Positions 28,487 through 39,155 of a DNA stretch of 64,000 bases are shown here, piece by piece. Made by a program: the position numbers and the translations under genes. Source of the DNA: Candidatus Latescibacterota bacterium. Lineage in GTDB: Bacteria > Latescibacterota > UBA2968 > GCA-2709665. Position 1 is the first letter of the stretch. Each line of letters starts with the position of its first letter. Below the pieces are notes generated by a model. That model had not been told where the DNA came from. It worked only from the letters and a program-made list of their open reading frames with translations, and searched no databases. The stretch spans positions 608,001-672,000 of the forward strand of contig OZ252100.1 of assembly GCA_965248435.1 (NCBI GenBank), read 5' to 3'.

Positions 28487-30796
28487 GTGCCCAGAGAACC
28501 GAAAAGGAAGTCATCAAAGGCCAAAGAGGCCAATCTCGATCAGATCCACGAAGAGATTGACAAGTTTCTGGAAAACGGCCTGGACGAAACGACGGCTTCC
28601 CGGACGCGGGGGATGCAAGTGGGTCCCTTAAGGCAGGCCGCGCCGTCGAAGGAAGCGGAAACCGCCCCGGAAGATGACGTGCCTGAGTCGCAGTCCGACG
28701 AAGCGAAGGTGGCCAAAAGCAAAGCAGAAGGTCCGGAACTGGCCCTGGACATCTCAGAGGACGGCCTTCAGGCGATCGTGCGCATCATCTACCCGACCAC
28801 AACGGAAGAGGACATCCTGGAGCTCATGAAGGCGAACGGCGTCACTGCCGAGATGTCGAAAAACGCCGTCAAAAAGGCCCTGGAAACGTCTGGAGACTCG
28901 AACCAGCCCGTACGGGATACGTTGGTCGCGGAGGGAGAACCCCCAAAACCTCCGGGCAAACCCAGCCTCAGTCATCGCCCCCCGGAGGGGGTGGACTCAC
29001 TGCCCGGTCTCGACGCCGTCGGTGCTCTGCTTAAGTCCGAGGACCCCGACGGGATCCCGGAAGTCGCAGCCTCTCTTGAGGCACTCACAGTCCACCCCGG
29101 GGACCCGCTCGCCACGCTTGAGCTTGAAGAAGGAGAACCGGGCTCGAACGTCAAGGGAGAGCCGATCCCGCCCCCGACTACCGACAAAGCCAGCATGGAT
29201 GACAGCCTCAAGCCCGGAAAGGGCGTGGATGTCGCGGAGAACGGCGTCGACTACCATGCTCAGATCTATGGTTACGCAGGCCTGCTGGCCGGCCAGGTCT
29301 CCGTCCTGACGCCTATCCGGATCTCACCCGACGGGAGTGAGGCCTCACTCCTCAACCTCGCCCAGGTGGCCGATCTCCCGCCTCCCGGTCCAGATGAACT
29401 CATAGCGGCGCTTTCCGCTGCCGGTGTGACCGTCGGCGTGGACGACAAGGCCGTGGAAGCGGCGTGCAGTGGGCTTGTAAAGGGAGATCTGAAGGACCCC
29501 CTGATCCCTCTTGCGCGCGGTATATCCCCTGTACCGCCCAAAGATGCGGGCGTGGAGTTCATGTTCGACTTTGAAGAACAGATCGGTCGTATCCTGCCCG
29601 ACGGTTCCATCGACTTCAGAGAGCGCAACCTCTTCCCGACGGTCACGGAGGGCGCCCTTCTGGCGGAAGGGACCGCGCCGGAACCCGGAACGCCTGGCCA
29701 GACGGTAAAAGGGAAGGAAGTTGAGGTCCCGACACCGGTCGGTATCGAATTCGTCGCGGGAGAGAACGTCCGCTTGGAGGAAACAGGACAGATCCAGAAG
29801 GTCTATTCAGAGATCGAAGGTGGGGCGAGCGTCCAGGTTACAGAGGTGACCTCCCAGGCAGGCAGCCTCAAACGCTACAACATCTCTGTTCGCCCGGTCG
29901 CGCAGATATCGGGTGACGTCGATTACGAAACGGGAAATGTCGACTTCAAGGGGAACGTGGAGATCAAGGGATCCATCGACAGTGGATTCAGCGTCGTGGC
30001 GACTGGAGATGTCGTAGTCTCTGGGAGCGTAGAGCCGGGCGCGAAGGTGGATGCGGGCGGAAACTTTACGGTCAAGCAGGGAATCGTCGGTGAAGAGACG
30101 TTGATCAAGTCTGCCACCACAGTAACGGCCAAGTTCGTCCAGGACGCCACAATCGAGGCCGGAGCCGACGTCGTCGTAGGAAGCTATATCCACAACGCCC
30201 ACATCCGGGCAGGCGGGCAGGTGAAGATGGAGGGCAAGGGCGGTTCCGGGGGCAGCATTGTCGGGGGGGAAACCTGGGCGACAGGCGGTATCATATCACG
30301 ATCTGTCGGTTCGGTAAGAAGCACGACGACCTCGTTGACGATTGGCCTCGACCCGGATGTGGCCAAGAAACTCGGAGCGCTTTCCGAGGCCGTCCGACGC
30401 GCCTCCGCTCTGCTCCAGAAGCTGCTCACAGCGCTCGGCCTCTCGACGCTGGAGGCCGAGGAAGTCAAGAAGCTGATCGCCGCTAATCCGCAGCGGCAGA
30501 AACAGATAATGGAGTACATCCAGAAGGCAAACGAGCTGGCAAAGGTGGAGGAAAAGCGGCTTCAGGAACAGGAGGAACTCCGAGTGCAGGTGACCGAGGG
30601 GGCTAAGAAGGCCACGCTAGACGTGAAGGAAGTTGCATTTGCCCGAACCCGACTCAGAATTGGAGATGCCGAAACCGCACTGCACGAGGACCTGAAGGGC
30701 GTCCGTTTTGGAATGAATCCTGAAGGGATTATCGTCCCGAAAGACCTTTCAGAGTCCTCGGACAAGGATTCTGCTCAAGAAGGTGCTGAAGAATGA
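28487..30796 (+). CDS. DUF342/FapA-family protein
   Basis: DGSIDFRE, PGTPGQTVKG, GDVDYETGNVDFKGNVEIKG beta-helix and a C-terminal coiled coil. Confidence 0.8.
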   Translation: MPREPKRKSSKAKEANLDQIHEEIDKFLENGLDETTASRTRGMQVGPLRQAAPSKEAETAPEDDVPESQSDEAKVAKSKAEGPELALDISEDGLQAIVRIIYPTTTEEDILELMKANGVTAEMSKNAVKKALETSGDSNQPVRDTLVAEGEPPKPPGKPSLSHRPPEGVDSLPGLDAVGALLKSEDPDGIPEVAASLEALTVHPGDPLATLELEEGEPGSNVKGEPIPPPTTDKASMDDSLKPGKGVDVAENGVDYHAQIYGYAGLLAGQVSVLTPIRISPDGSEASLLNLAQVADLPPPGPDELIAALSAAGVTVGVDDKAVEAACSGLVKGDLKDPLIPLARGISPVPPKDAGVEFMFDFEEQIGRILPDGSIDFRERNLFPTVTEGALLAEGTAPEPGTPGQTVKGKEVEVPTPVGIEFVAGENVRLEETGQIQKVYSEIEGGASVQVTEVTSQAGSLKRYNISVRPVAQISGDVDYETGNVDFKGNVEIKGSIDSGFSVVATGDVVVSGSVEPGAKVDAGGNFTVKQGIVGEETLIKSATTVTAKFVQDATIEAGADVVVGSYIHNAHIRAGGQVKMEGKGGSGGSIVGGETWATGGIISRSVGSVRSTTTSLTIGLDPDVAKKLGALSEAVRRASALLQKLLTALGLSTLEAEEVKKLIAANPQRQKQIMEYIQKANELAKVEEKRLQEQEELRVQVTEGAKKATLDVKEVAFARTRLRIGDAETALHEDLKGVRFGMNPEGIIVPKDLSESSDKDSAQEGAEE

Positions 30797-30816
30797 AAAC
30801 AGGTGAGACCAATCCC

Positions 30817-31878
30817 TCAAAAGACATCGCTGCTCCAGTAGAAAGCCTCCTCGCATTCCGGCAGGCCCTTCATCCAACGGGCAAACGACCAACCTGTGTC
30901 GATCTGCGTCAGCCCCAGAAAGGCGTGCCAGAACTCAGAGTCGGACTTGGGTCTTGCAGGCTTCTCCCCCCCTCCGAATCGTTCTGTCAGGGATTCCCAG
31001 TCGATCGTTCGGACCATCATCTTGCTGTGAAGACCCCACGCGGGTGGCGCCTGGGCAACCGCAGCCAGAGAATCCACCAAGACGTGACCTTTCGGAAGAC
31101 TCCCTCCCACCCGTTCAATCCCCCGATCCATTGCCTCCGCCAGCATCGCGCTACCCAACCCTAAGAAGGCCTTTTCGGATCCTGGCCGCGCGCACGCCTC
31201 TTTCACCCAAATTCGGTTCGGCTCCACCTCGAAGTTAAGGTAGGCAAGCAGCTGCCCCCCCGCTTCGTACCCCCAGCCGGGAAAAACACCCCGGTACCTG
31301 GATGGCCCCGATGTCCAGTAGCCTCTGGATCTGACTTCAGGTCCCGTCATCCCTTCACAGTAGTGTGCGTAGATCTCCATGACCGCCTCCAGATCCTTTT
31401 CGATCCGGACTCTCCTCACGCCCTTCCTAGGCACGGAAATGTGCAAGCCTTTTCCCAGTGCAAGCTCAAACGTCGGCAGAGGAATCGCCGACCACCCGAG
31501 CCTCTCGTAGAAGGCGGGTCCCATGACTGTAAAGAGCAGCCCCAGGTCGTAGCCCTCTCTGGCCATATAACTGACGGTTTCTCGCATCAATGCGCTCGCG
31601 TGTCCCAGCCCCCGCGACTCGGGACGCGTCAACAAACTCCCAATCCCACCCGCGCGAAGGGCTACTCCGCGTACGCGGATCTTTCGGTCCCATATCCTCA
31701 GATGGGACACGATGCGTCCCTGATCAATCACAACGCGGGATTGATCAGGGCGATATCCCGGATCCTCTCTGAAGTAGGACCAGTAGCGTGCCTCGGCCCG
31801 CTCCTTCGGCCGAAAGACCCGACATTGAAGCTCGATAAGTTCGTTAAGTTCGGATGGTTTGGCGGCTCGAATCTTCAT
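30817..31878 (-). CDS. GNAT acetyltransferase (Eis-like)
   Basis: GGIGSLLTRPESRGLGHASALM and FYERLGW. Confidence 0.85.
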   Translation of the reverse strand: MKIRAAKPSELNELIELQCRVFRPKERAEARYWSYFREDPGYRPDQSRVVIDQGRIVSHLRIWDRKIRVRGVALRAGGIGSLLTRPESRGLGHASALMRETVSYMAREGYDLGLLFTVMGPAFYERLGWSAIPLPTFELALGKGLHISVPRKGVRRVRIEKDLEAVMEIYAHYCEGMTGPEVRSRGYWTSGPSRYRGVFPGWGYEAGGQLLAYLNFEVEPNRIWVKEACARPGSEKAFLGLGSAMLAEAMDRGIERVGGSLPKGHVLVDSLAAVAQAPPAWGLHSKMMVRTIDWESLTERFGGGEKPARPKSDSEFWHAFLGLTQIDTGWSFARWMKGLPECEEAFYWSSDVF

Positions 31879-32118
31879 TCCCGTGCCATTAAGAGACTGG
31901 AACCCCTTAACCTAGATTGATGTGCGTCGAATATACGCCTGGCTTGGACGCCTGCTGAAGAAACTTGCATGACGAAGACTGCACCCGCTGCGCCAGGCCA
32001 ATGTTGGTAGAATCGTTGGATTCGGTTGGCCCAAAGCTACCCACACCATATATTTCAATACTTGGGTTCTTTTCGTTTTGTTCCGCCTGCCGCGAACTCT
32101 TAGTGAGAGAGAACAACC

Positions 32119-32940
32119 TTGGAAATTTCTCTAGCCGGATGGAGCCTCAACAGGAGGTTTCGCCACCAGGAAAATCCCCTATCCCTCCTCGAATTCCCTC
32201 GAACTGCTTCTAACGAGTTCGGAATCCACGCGATCGAGTTGAACAGCCCCTTCTTCGTCTACAACAACCCAAGCGACCCCGTCACAAGCGGTATCCCAGA
32301 ACCTTATTTGACGGATCTCCGTCGCGGTGCGGATGATCACGGCGTACGCATCCTCAGTGTCGCGGTTGACGGCCACGGAGACCTCGCTGCCCTAAGGGAA
32401 GCTGACCGAAAGCGAGCAGTGGATAATCACAAAAAGTGGGTGGACGTTTGCCTTGCATTGGGAGGCGATGCGTTCCGTGCGAACAGCGGCGGGGACCTCG
32501 AGGGGGAAGAGGTTGACGGGCAGGTTCAACAATGCATCGAGAGCTTCGGAGAACTGTCCGATTTCGCCAGGCAGGCAGACGTCCGGGTGATGATGGAAAA
32601 TCACGGGGGCATCTCGGCCTCGGCCGAAAATATCGTCCGGGTGATGGAGACGATCGACAGCGAATATTGCAGAGTCTTGGCCGATTTTCTCAACTGGCCC
32701 TCTGAAGACGACCCGCTCGAAAATCTTGAAAGGGTTGCGCCCTTTGCGTGGGCGACCCACGCAAAATTCCTCGCCTTCGATCCGGATGGCGAATCCCCCG
32801 ACATCGATTGCGGGGCCGCCCTGCGCATCCTCGATGAAGCCGGCTACCAGAATCACTACGGAATCGAGTACGAAGGCGAGCCTGACGACCACGAGGGTAT
32901 TCTCAAGAGTCGCGATCTAATCGAAAGGCACGGGACCTGA
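32119..32940 (+). CDS. Sugar phosphate isomerase/epimerase (TIM barrel)
   Basis: MENHGG, HAK and GIEYEG. Confidence 0.85.
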   Translation: MEISLAGWSLNRRFRHQENPLSLLEFPRTASNEFGIHAIELNSPFFVYNNPSDPVTSGIPEPYLTDLRRGADDHGVRILSVAVDGHGDLAALREADRKRAVDNHKKWVDVCLALGGDAFRANSGGDLEGEEVDGQVQQCIESFGELSDFARQADVRVMMENHGGISASAENIVRVMETIDSEYCRVLADFLNWPSEDDPLENLERVAPFAWATHAKFLAFDPDGESPDIDCGAALRILDEAGYQNHYGIEYEGEPDDHEGILKSRDLIERHGT

Positions 32941-32989
32941 GAGGATTGCGACTGGAAAGAAAGACCATGCGACTCCGAGCGTGGGAGTA

Positions 32990-33460
32990 ATGAAGAGGAA
33001 AATATACCTGGCGAGTCCTTACGGCTTCTCCACGCAGCAGAGAGAAGTCCTTCTGCCGCATTTCGTCCAGACTCTGGAATCCCTCGGAGCGGAAGTGTGG
33101 GAACCCTTCGAGAGAAACAACCAGATCGACAGGACGGAGGGAGGCTGGGCATATCAGGTGGGTCAGAGCGACCTCCGAGACGTCACCGAGTCAGATGCAA
33201 TCTTTGCCATCGTCAACGGCACGCCGCCAGACGAGGGTGTGATGGTCGAACTGGGTGTGGCCATCGCGCTGAAGAAGAAGACCTTCCTGTTCAGGGACGA
33301 TTTCAGAAGGTGCACGGATTCCGAGAACTACCCGCTGAATCTGATGCTGTTCACCGGCTTGCCGGAAACGGGTTGGGAAGACTATTTCTATACGTCGCTC
33401 GACGAAATCAAATCCCCACAGAAGGATTTGGTAAAATGGCTCAACGGAGATCTGTGTTGA
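32990..33460 (+). CDS. Nucleoside 2-deoxyribosyltransferase-family protein
   Basis: IYLASPYGF, DEGVMVELGVA and NLML. Confidence 0.85.
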   Translation: MKRKIYLASPYGFSTQQREVLLPHFVQTLESLGAEVWEPFERNNQIDRTEGGWAYQVGQSDLRDVTESDAIFAIVNGTPPDEGVMVELGVAIALKKKTFLFRDDFRRCTDSENYPLNLMLFTGLPETGWEDYFYTSLDEIKSPQKDLVKWLNGDLC

Positions 33461-33686
33461 TGCCTCAGCCTTTCTCTATAGCATAGTCAACATCGTCCAC
33501 TCCAGCCTCACCCTGCCGCCCTTCCAGATGCATCCTCGCACCTACCTCATCCATCAGATCGAGTGCGCGCTGCCAGAACCCGACCTGACTTCCCGGTGCA
33601 GCCGAAAAACTCATAACAGTCACCGTATTGGGGGCGTATGGCCACCCATCAACCTAAAAGAAGTATGCTGATTTGCTAATCAAACT

Positions 33687-34741
33687 CCCGAGTTCAATAA
33701 GGAAGTGCAACACTTAGGGTAGCAACTGTCCTATCCTAAGTGTATGGGAAACAATTACAAGCATCTTACGATAGACGAACGCGAGCTGATTGCGCTTTGT
33801 CGAGCCGCTGGTGCAAGCCTTAGAGATATTGCCAAGGCCCTTGACCGGAGCGCCAGCACGATTCCAAGAGAGTTGAAACGTAATCCGTCCCCGATAGCTG
33901 AGAGTTACTCGGGCCTCCAGGCTCACAGAAGGGCTGAGAAACGTAAGCGGGAGGCCGGCAAGCGGAAACGGCTGAAGAATCCGGTTATCCGGCGATATGT
34001 CGAGACCAAACTCAAGCAAGGATGGTCTCCCGAGTTGATCGCTGGGAGGCTTCCCGAGGAGCGTCCGAGCGCGGGTATCAGCCACGAAGCCATCTATCAG
34101 TATATCTACGATCCAAAGGTGCGCAAGCAGCGGGATCTGGTTGCTTGCTTATCCCGAGCTCACAAAAAACGAAAGCCGCGGTGGCATACCCGAAAACACC
34201 GGGAAAGCCACATTCCAGGCCGTATTTCGATCGATCGACGTCCCCGTTACATCGAAAAACGGAAACAACCTGGCCACTGGGAATCCGACACCATCATCTC
34301 TCGAGAGAGCAAACAGGCCGTTGGCGCTTGTCTTGAGCGATCGTCGAGATACCTACACCTGGCTAAGCTGGCAAAGAACGGACCCTCGGAGGTCGCCGAA
34401 GCGATTAATCGACGCCTTGGGCGACATCCTCCCCACATGAGGAAGAGCATCACATATGACAACGGATCCGAAAACGGCCAACATCAACGGGTCAACGAGG
34501 CCCTTGGCACCAAATCCTATTTCTGCAAACCGTTTCACAGCTGGGAGCGAGGCGCTGTGGAAAACGCTATCGGTCTGGTCCGCAGATACCTCCTCAAGAA
34601 GACAGACTTCTCAAAGGTCAGCAAACACGAGTTAAAGAAAATTCAGAACCGGATCAACAACCGACCAAGAAAATGTCTTAACTTCAAAACACCAGCTGAA
34701 GTCTTCAAGTCCAAGTGTTGCACTTAGTCATTGAATCCAGC
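33687..34741 (+). mobile_element. IS30-family insertion sequence
   Basis: Imperfect terminal inverted repeats at 33688-33715 and 34713-34740 (22/28 match, core AAGTGTTGCACTT); ACT on both flanks is a possible 3-bp target duplication. Confidence 0.88.
33744..34727 (+). CDS. IS30-family transposase
   Basis: GHWESDT, TYDNGSE, WERGAVEN and NNRPRKCL. Confidence 0.93.
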   Translation: MGNNYKHLTIDERELIALCRAAGASLRDIAKALDRSASTIPRELKRNPSPIAESYSGLQAHRRAEKRKREAGKRKRLKNPVIRRYVETKLKQGWSPELIAGRLPEERPSAGISHEAIYQYIYDPKVRKQRDLVACLSRAHKKRKPRWHTRKHRESHIPGRISIDRRPRYIEKRKQPGHWESDTIISRESKQAVGACLERSSRYLHLAKLAKNGPSEVAEAINRRLGRHPPHMRKSITYDNGSENGQHQRVNEALGTKSYFCKPFHSWERGAVENAIGLVRRYLLKKTDFSKVSKHELKKIQNRINNRPRKCLNFKTPAEVFKSKCCT

Positions 34742-34811
34742 ACTACGATACTGCGCAAAAAAAACAGCCCCTTGCGGGACTGCCTTATTCCTCCCAACTT
34801 CTTGGCCAAAC

Positions 34812-36185
34812 TCAGGATGCTTCCTTTCTCGCCATTTCCAACACTTCATCGATCATCTGTTTGCGGGAAACAGGATCCATCCAACGCTCTTGCGCTTCCT
34901 CGCTCAAACAATCGATCGGATCGAAGTAGAGGAAATACGCACCCGGCCGGATGGGGGGACTCTTGAACACGGCGATTCCGTTCTCCTTGTTGTAGACCTC
35001 GAAAGAATGGGCATCCCGTTTGCCACCTCCGTCCAGGGTGTCGACGATAAAAATCGGTGTGTTGAATCCGGCGGTCACCCCTCGAAGCTCTTTCTCAAGT
35101 TCGAGTCCGGACCCGAGCGTCGTCCTGAGATCCTCCACGCCTTGGACGAGGTCGTGAAAAAAAACGTAATACGGTTGGACATTTATATAACTAAGGCGCT
35201 TAGCCAGCAGCTTCATCGTCTCTGAATCATCATTCACACCGCGCTGCAGCACCGTCTGATTGCGCACCGTGATTCCTCGCTCCACCAGGACGTTCATCGC
35301 GTCCTGTGTGATCCCAGTAATCTCAGCAGGGTGATTGAAATGCGTGTGCACAACAACCTCCTTGTGCATCCTCCTGCCCATCTCGGCAATCCGTATAAGG
35401 GCGTCGACCCACTCCGTATCCGTCAAGAATTTACCGGGCATAACCGCCGGCCCTTTCGTCGCGAACCGGAAGCGACGAATATGCTCGATGTTCAGCAGTG
35501 ACTCGCCGATATACTGGAGCTGATCAGCCTTCAAATTGTAAACGTCTCCGCCGCTCACCACGATGTCTTCCAATTCCGGCTTGGACGCGATGTATGAGAA
35601 GGTTTCCTCCCACCGTCCCCGGTCGGCGTTCATTCGGACTTTTTCCACCTCTTCCGTGTCGAGACCGACGGCGTAGCTGCGCGTGCAGAACCGGCAGTAG
35701 ACGGGGCACGTGTCAAGGGCGAGGAAAAGGGCTCGATCAGGATACCGATGGGTCAGTCCGGGGACAGGCGAGTCGACTTGCTCATTCAGGGAATCCAACC
35801 TCAGTTCTGGATGGTCGGGCAGCTGCTGCGAGGCCAGCGGTAGGAATTGTCTTACGAGCGGATCTACGTACGGGTCATCCCAGTTGATCAGACTGAGAAC
35901 GTAGGGGGAGATGCGCAGGCTCATCGGGGCACGCCGGAGGCCCTCGCTCACATCTCCCATGAAATCCTCAGGAACGAGGTTCTTCACAGCTTGCCTCAGC
36001 TTCTTCAGACTGGTTATGGAGTTTCTGGTCTGGAAGGTGTGTGAGTGAAAAATCGAAGACTCCACTTTTTCATAAGCAGGCACGCTCCTCCAGAATTCAT
36101 CCCGGCGCAGTCTTCGGTGCTCAAGTTCTTGAGGATCTGCCGTGAGCTTCACACCGTGCATTTGATCGATTTCGACCGTGCTCAT
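34812..36185 (-). CDS. KamA-family radical SAM/PLP enzyme (lysine 2,3-aminomutase-like)
   Basis: LTHRYPD, CPVYCRFCTR, SGGD, HFNHP, NQTVL and GGGK. Confidence 0.9.
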   Translation of the reverse strand: MSTVEIDQMHGVKLTADPQELEHRRLRRDEFWRSVPAYEKVESSIFHSHTFQTRNSITSLKKLRQAVKNLVPEDFMGDVSEGLRRAPMSLRISPYVLSLINWDDPYVDPLVRQFLPLASQQLPDHPELRLDSLNEQVDSPVPGLTHRYPDRALFLALDTCPVYCRFCTRSYAVGLDTEEVEKVRMNADRGRWEETFSYIASKPELEDIVVSGGDVYNLKADQLQYIGESLLNIEHIRRFRFATKGPAVMPGKFLTDTEWVDALIRIAEMGRRMHKEVVVHTHFNHPAEITGITQDAMNVLVERGITVRNQTVLQRGVNDDSETMKLLAKRLSYINVQPYYVFFHDLVQGVEDLRTTLGSGLELEKELRGVTAGFNTPIFIVDTLDGGGKRDAHSFEVYNKENGIAVFKSPPIRPGAYFLYFDPIDCLSEEAQERWMDPVSRKQMIDEVLEMARKEAS

Positions 36186-36395
36186 GTCAAGAAAGTCCAA
36201 TCCTGTAGGTCAGAGACTAGGAATTCGATCTATGATAATTGAATCGAGCAAAATGTCAAGACATCATCAGTCAACGAGGAACCGGATTTCTGGAATTGTC
36301 CTTGTTCCCCCACCTTCTCCTGTTTATTTTGAGATAGCTACTATTCATCGATTACTGGAATAGCGTCGCCACAAACAATTTCCGGAGCTTTGCGA

Positions 36396-39155
36396 ATGCG
36401 ATTCGCTGCCTTTCGATGGCTTTTCCTGGTGCTGGGGCTCATCCTGGCCTTCGTGGTGCTCCGGCTCCTCAGTTTTCTCTACACAGACTGGCTCTGGTTC
36501 GACCATCTCGGATACCGCTCGGTCTTTCGTACGATTGCCCTCACGAAATTCCTCTCCTTTGTTCTGTTCTGGATCGTCTCCACCCTGATTGCCGGATCTA
36601 ATCTCTGGATCGCGAGAGGCTTTGGCAGGCGGACCCGGGAAATGCCCCTTGAAGTGATCGTCGGCGACTCAGTCCCGATGCTGCACGATCGTTCGAGGTG
36701 GCAAAACCTGGTCTGGGGTTTGGTCTTAGGTAGCCTCGGCGTCATTTTGGGCTTGATCGCCATCCCCATCTGGGCGCCCGTGTTGCGCTTCTTGAATTCA
36801 GTTGACTTCGGAGTCGCGGAGCCGATCTTCGGCCGTGAAATCGGCTTCTATGTGTTCGACCTCCCGCTCTACAACTTTATCCAGGGTTGGTTGATTGCTT
36901 CAATCCTTGTCTCATCGATCCTCGTCTTCGTCTCCTACTACCAGGATCGTTCTATCCGCAACGACCGGGGATCCTGGTTTTCAACGCCCTACGTCCGAGC
37001 TCACCTCTCCGTTCTTGGTGCCGCACTCGCCCTTTTGTTGGCCTGGGGCTACTGGCTGAAGGAGTTCGAGCTCCTTTATTCCTTCCGGAAGGGCACCTTC
37101 TTCGGCGCGGGATATACCGACCTTCACGCCCAAATCTTTGCCTACCGCTTGATGCTGGTTCTGTCAATCCTGCTCGCCGGGCTCCTCCTCTTCAATCTCC
37201 GCTCCCGTGGATGGCGCCTCCCATCCATCGGCGGAATGGGCTACCTGGGAGCACTTGCGATCTTTTCGTGGCTGGGTCCGATGCTCTTCGAACAGTTTGT
37301 CGTAAAACCGAACGAGCTCACCCTCGAGGCCCCGTACATCCAACATTCCATCCGGCATACGCGAGAAGCTTACGGACTGGACAAAATAGAGGAAGTGCCG
37401 TTTCCTGCTGAATCCAATCTCACGCTCGAAGCGATAGAAAGAAATCGAGCCACCACCCAGAACATCCCGCTTTGGGATCGGCGGCCGCTGATGGACACTT
37501 ACAGCCAGTTGCAGGAGATCCGGTCCTACTATCGATTCGGGAGCGTCGATATAGACAGATACCGGGTTGGTGATGACTATCGGCAGGTCTTGCTTGCCGG
37601 CCGCGAATTTTCACGCGAGCAACTCGCGATGCGCGGGGAAACCTGGGTCAACAGACACCTCGTGTATACCCACGGTTACGGCATCTGTATGAGCCCTGCC
37701 AACGAAATCGGTTCAGAGGGCCTGCCGAAATTTTACCTGAAGGATATTCCCCCGGTCTCACCCGTCGGCCTCGCCGTAGATAGGCCGGAGATCTATTATG
37801 GTGAAAACATGCGGGACTATGTGGTCGTACGGAGCAAGACCCAGGAATTTGACTATCCAAGTGGAGATGAGAACGTCTATGGCAGATATGGCGGCACGGG
37901 CGGAGTGGTCCTGAATTCCTTCTTCCTCCGAATCGTATTTTCGCTCCGAATGGCCGACCCTTACCTTCTGGTTACCGACAATCTCACGCCGGAAAGCCGC
38001 ATCCTCTTCAATCGCCATATCGGCCGTCGTTTCAGGGAGGATGCACCCCAGCGATTTCAAAAGTTAGCTCCCTTCCTGCGTTTCGACGAAGACCCATACC
38101 TGGTCCTTGCCGAAGGACGACTCGTCTGGATTCAAGATGCCTATACCATGACCAACATGTATCCCTATTCCGAACCTTATGGAAGGCCCTACATCAGAAA
38201 CATGAACTACATCCGGAATTCGGTCAAGATTACCATGGATGCCTATGACGGATCTGTAAAATTCTATGTCTGGGATTCCGACGATCCCTTGATCAGATCT
38301 TACGCGAAGATCTTTCCAGATCTCTTCAAACCGAAAGAGGCCATGCCGGAGGCCATTCGGTCACACGTCAGGTACCCCGTAGATCTCTTTAAGATTCAGT
38401 CAGAGCTATACAATACCTATCACATGGTTTCCCCTCAGGTGTTTTACAACAGAGAGGATGTGTGGGAGCCCGCTAATGAAATCTACGGAGTTTCAGAACG
38501 TCCGCAGGTGATGAGTCCATACTACGTAATCGTTAAGCTTCCCGACTCGGACCGGGAGGAATTCGTGCTTATGTTGCCCGCGACGCCCGTCCGGAAGGCG
38601 AACATGATTGCCTGGCTCTTCGCGAGGTGCGACGATCCAAATTATGGACGCTTGACGGTCTACAAGCTCCCGAAGGAAAAGATGATATACGGACCCATGC
38701 TCATCGAACGTCGTATCGACCAGAACACAGAGATTTCCAGAGAAATCACGCTCTGGAGTCAGCGGGGGTCGGACGTCATCCGCGGGAACCTGCTCGTCAT
38801 TCCGATCGAAGACTCCTTCATTTATGTTGAACCGCTCTACCTGCGAGCAACACACGGAGGCATGCCGGAACTGAAGCGGGTTCTCGTTGTGCACGGTGAA
38901 AAACTCGCAATGGCAGAAACCCTCGACCAGGCGCTAATAAAGGTCTTTAGTTCCACGGAAAGCGTCCCCACACCCATCGCACGCGATGACGGAACCCTTG
39001 ACCTGAAAGGGCTGGCGAAAGAGGCCATGGAACATCTTGAGATCGCTCAACAGCAGCTTCGGGTCGGAAACTTCGCCGAATACGGAGTGTCGATCCAAAA
39101 ACTCAAACAGACGATACAGAGACTCAACGAACGGGCAAACCTCCGTGGAAACTGA
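36396..39155 (+). CDS. UPF0182 membrane protein
   Basis: TDWLWF, GAGYTD, HLVYTHGYG and NYIRNSVK. Confidence 0.92.
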   Translation: MRFAAFRWLFLVLGLILAFVVLRLLSFLYTDWLWFDHLGYRSVFRTIALTKFLSFVLFWIVSTLIAGSNLWIARGFGRRTREMPLEVIVGDSVPMLHDRSRWQNLVWGLVLGSLGVILGLIAIPIWAPVLRFLNSVDFGVAEPIFGREIGFYVFDLPLYNFIQGWLIASILVSSILVFVSYYQDRSIRNDRGSWFSTPYVRAHLSVLGAALALLLAWGYWLKEFELLYSFRKGTFFGAGYTDLHAQIFAYRLMLVLSILLAGLLLFNLRSRGWRLPSIGGMGYLGALAIFSWLGPMLFEQFVVKPNELTLEAPYIQHSIRHTREAYGLDKIEEVPFPAESNLTLEAIERNRATTQNIPLWDRRPLMDTYSQLQEIRSYYRFGSVDIDRYRVGDDYRQVLLAGREFSREQLAMRGETWVNRHLVYTHGYGICMSPANEIGSEGLPKFYLKDIPPVSPVGLAVDRPEIYYGENMRDYVVVRSKTQEFDYPSGDENVYGRYGGTGGVVLNSFFLRIVFSLRMADPYLLVTDNLTPESRILFNRHIGRRFREDAPQRFQKLAPFLRFDEDPYLVLAEGRLVWIQDAYTMTNMYPYSEPYGRPYIRNMNYIRNSVKITMDAYDGSVKFYVWDSDDPLIRSYAKIFPDLFKPKEAMPEAIRSHVRYPVDLFKIQSELYNTYHMVSPQVFYNREDVWEPANEIYGVSERPQVMSPYYVIVKLPDSDREEFVLMLPATPVRKANMIAWLFARCDDPNYGRLTVYKLPKEKMIYGPMLIERRIDQNTEISREITLWSQRGSDVIRGNLLVIPIEDSFIYVEPLYLRATHGGMPELKRVLVVHGEKLAMAETLDQALIKVFSSTESVPTPIARDDGTLDLKGLAKEAMEHLEIAQQQLRVGNFAEYGVSIQKLKQTIQRLNERANLRGN

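Noticed and set aside
33452-33481. Possible Sec read-through at the deoxyribosyltransferase end (LC-TGA-CLSLSL)
   Set aside because: The domain is already complete and I see no SECIS-like hairpin at the right distance; probably chance.
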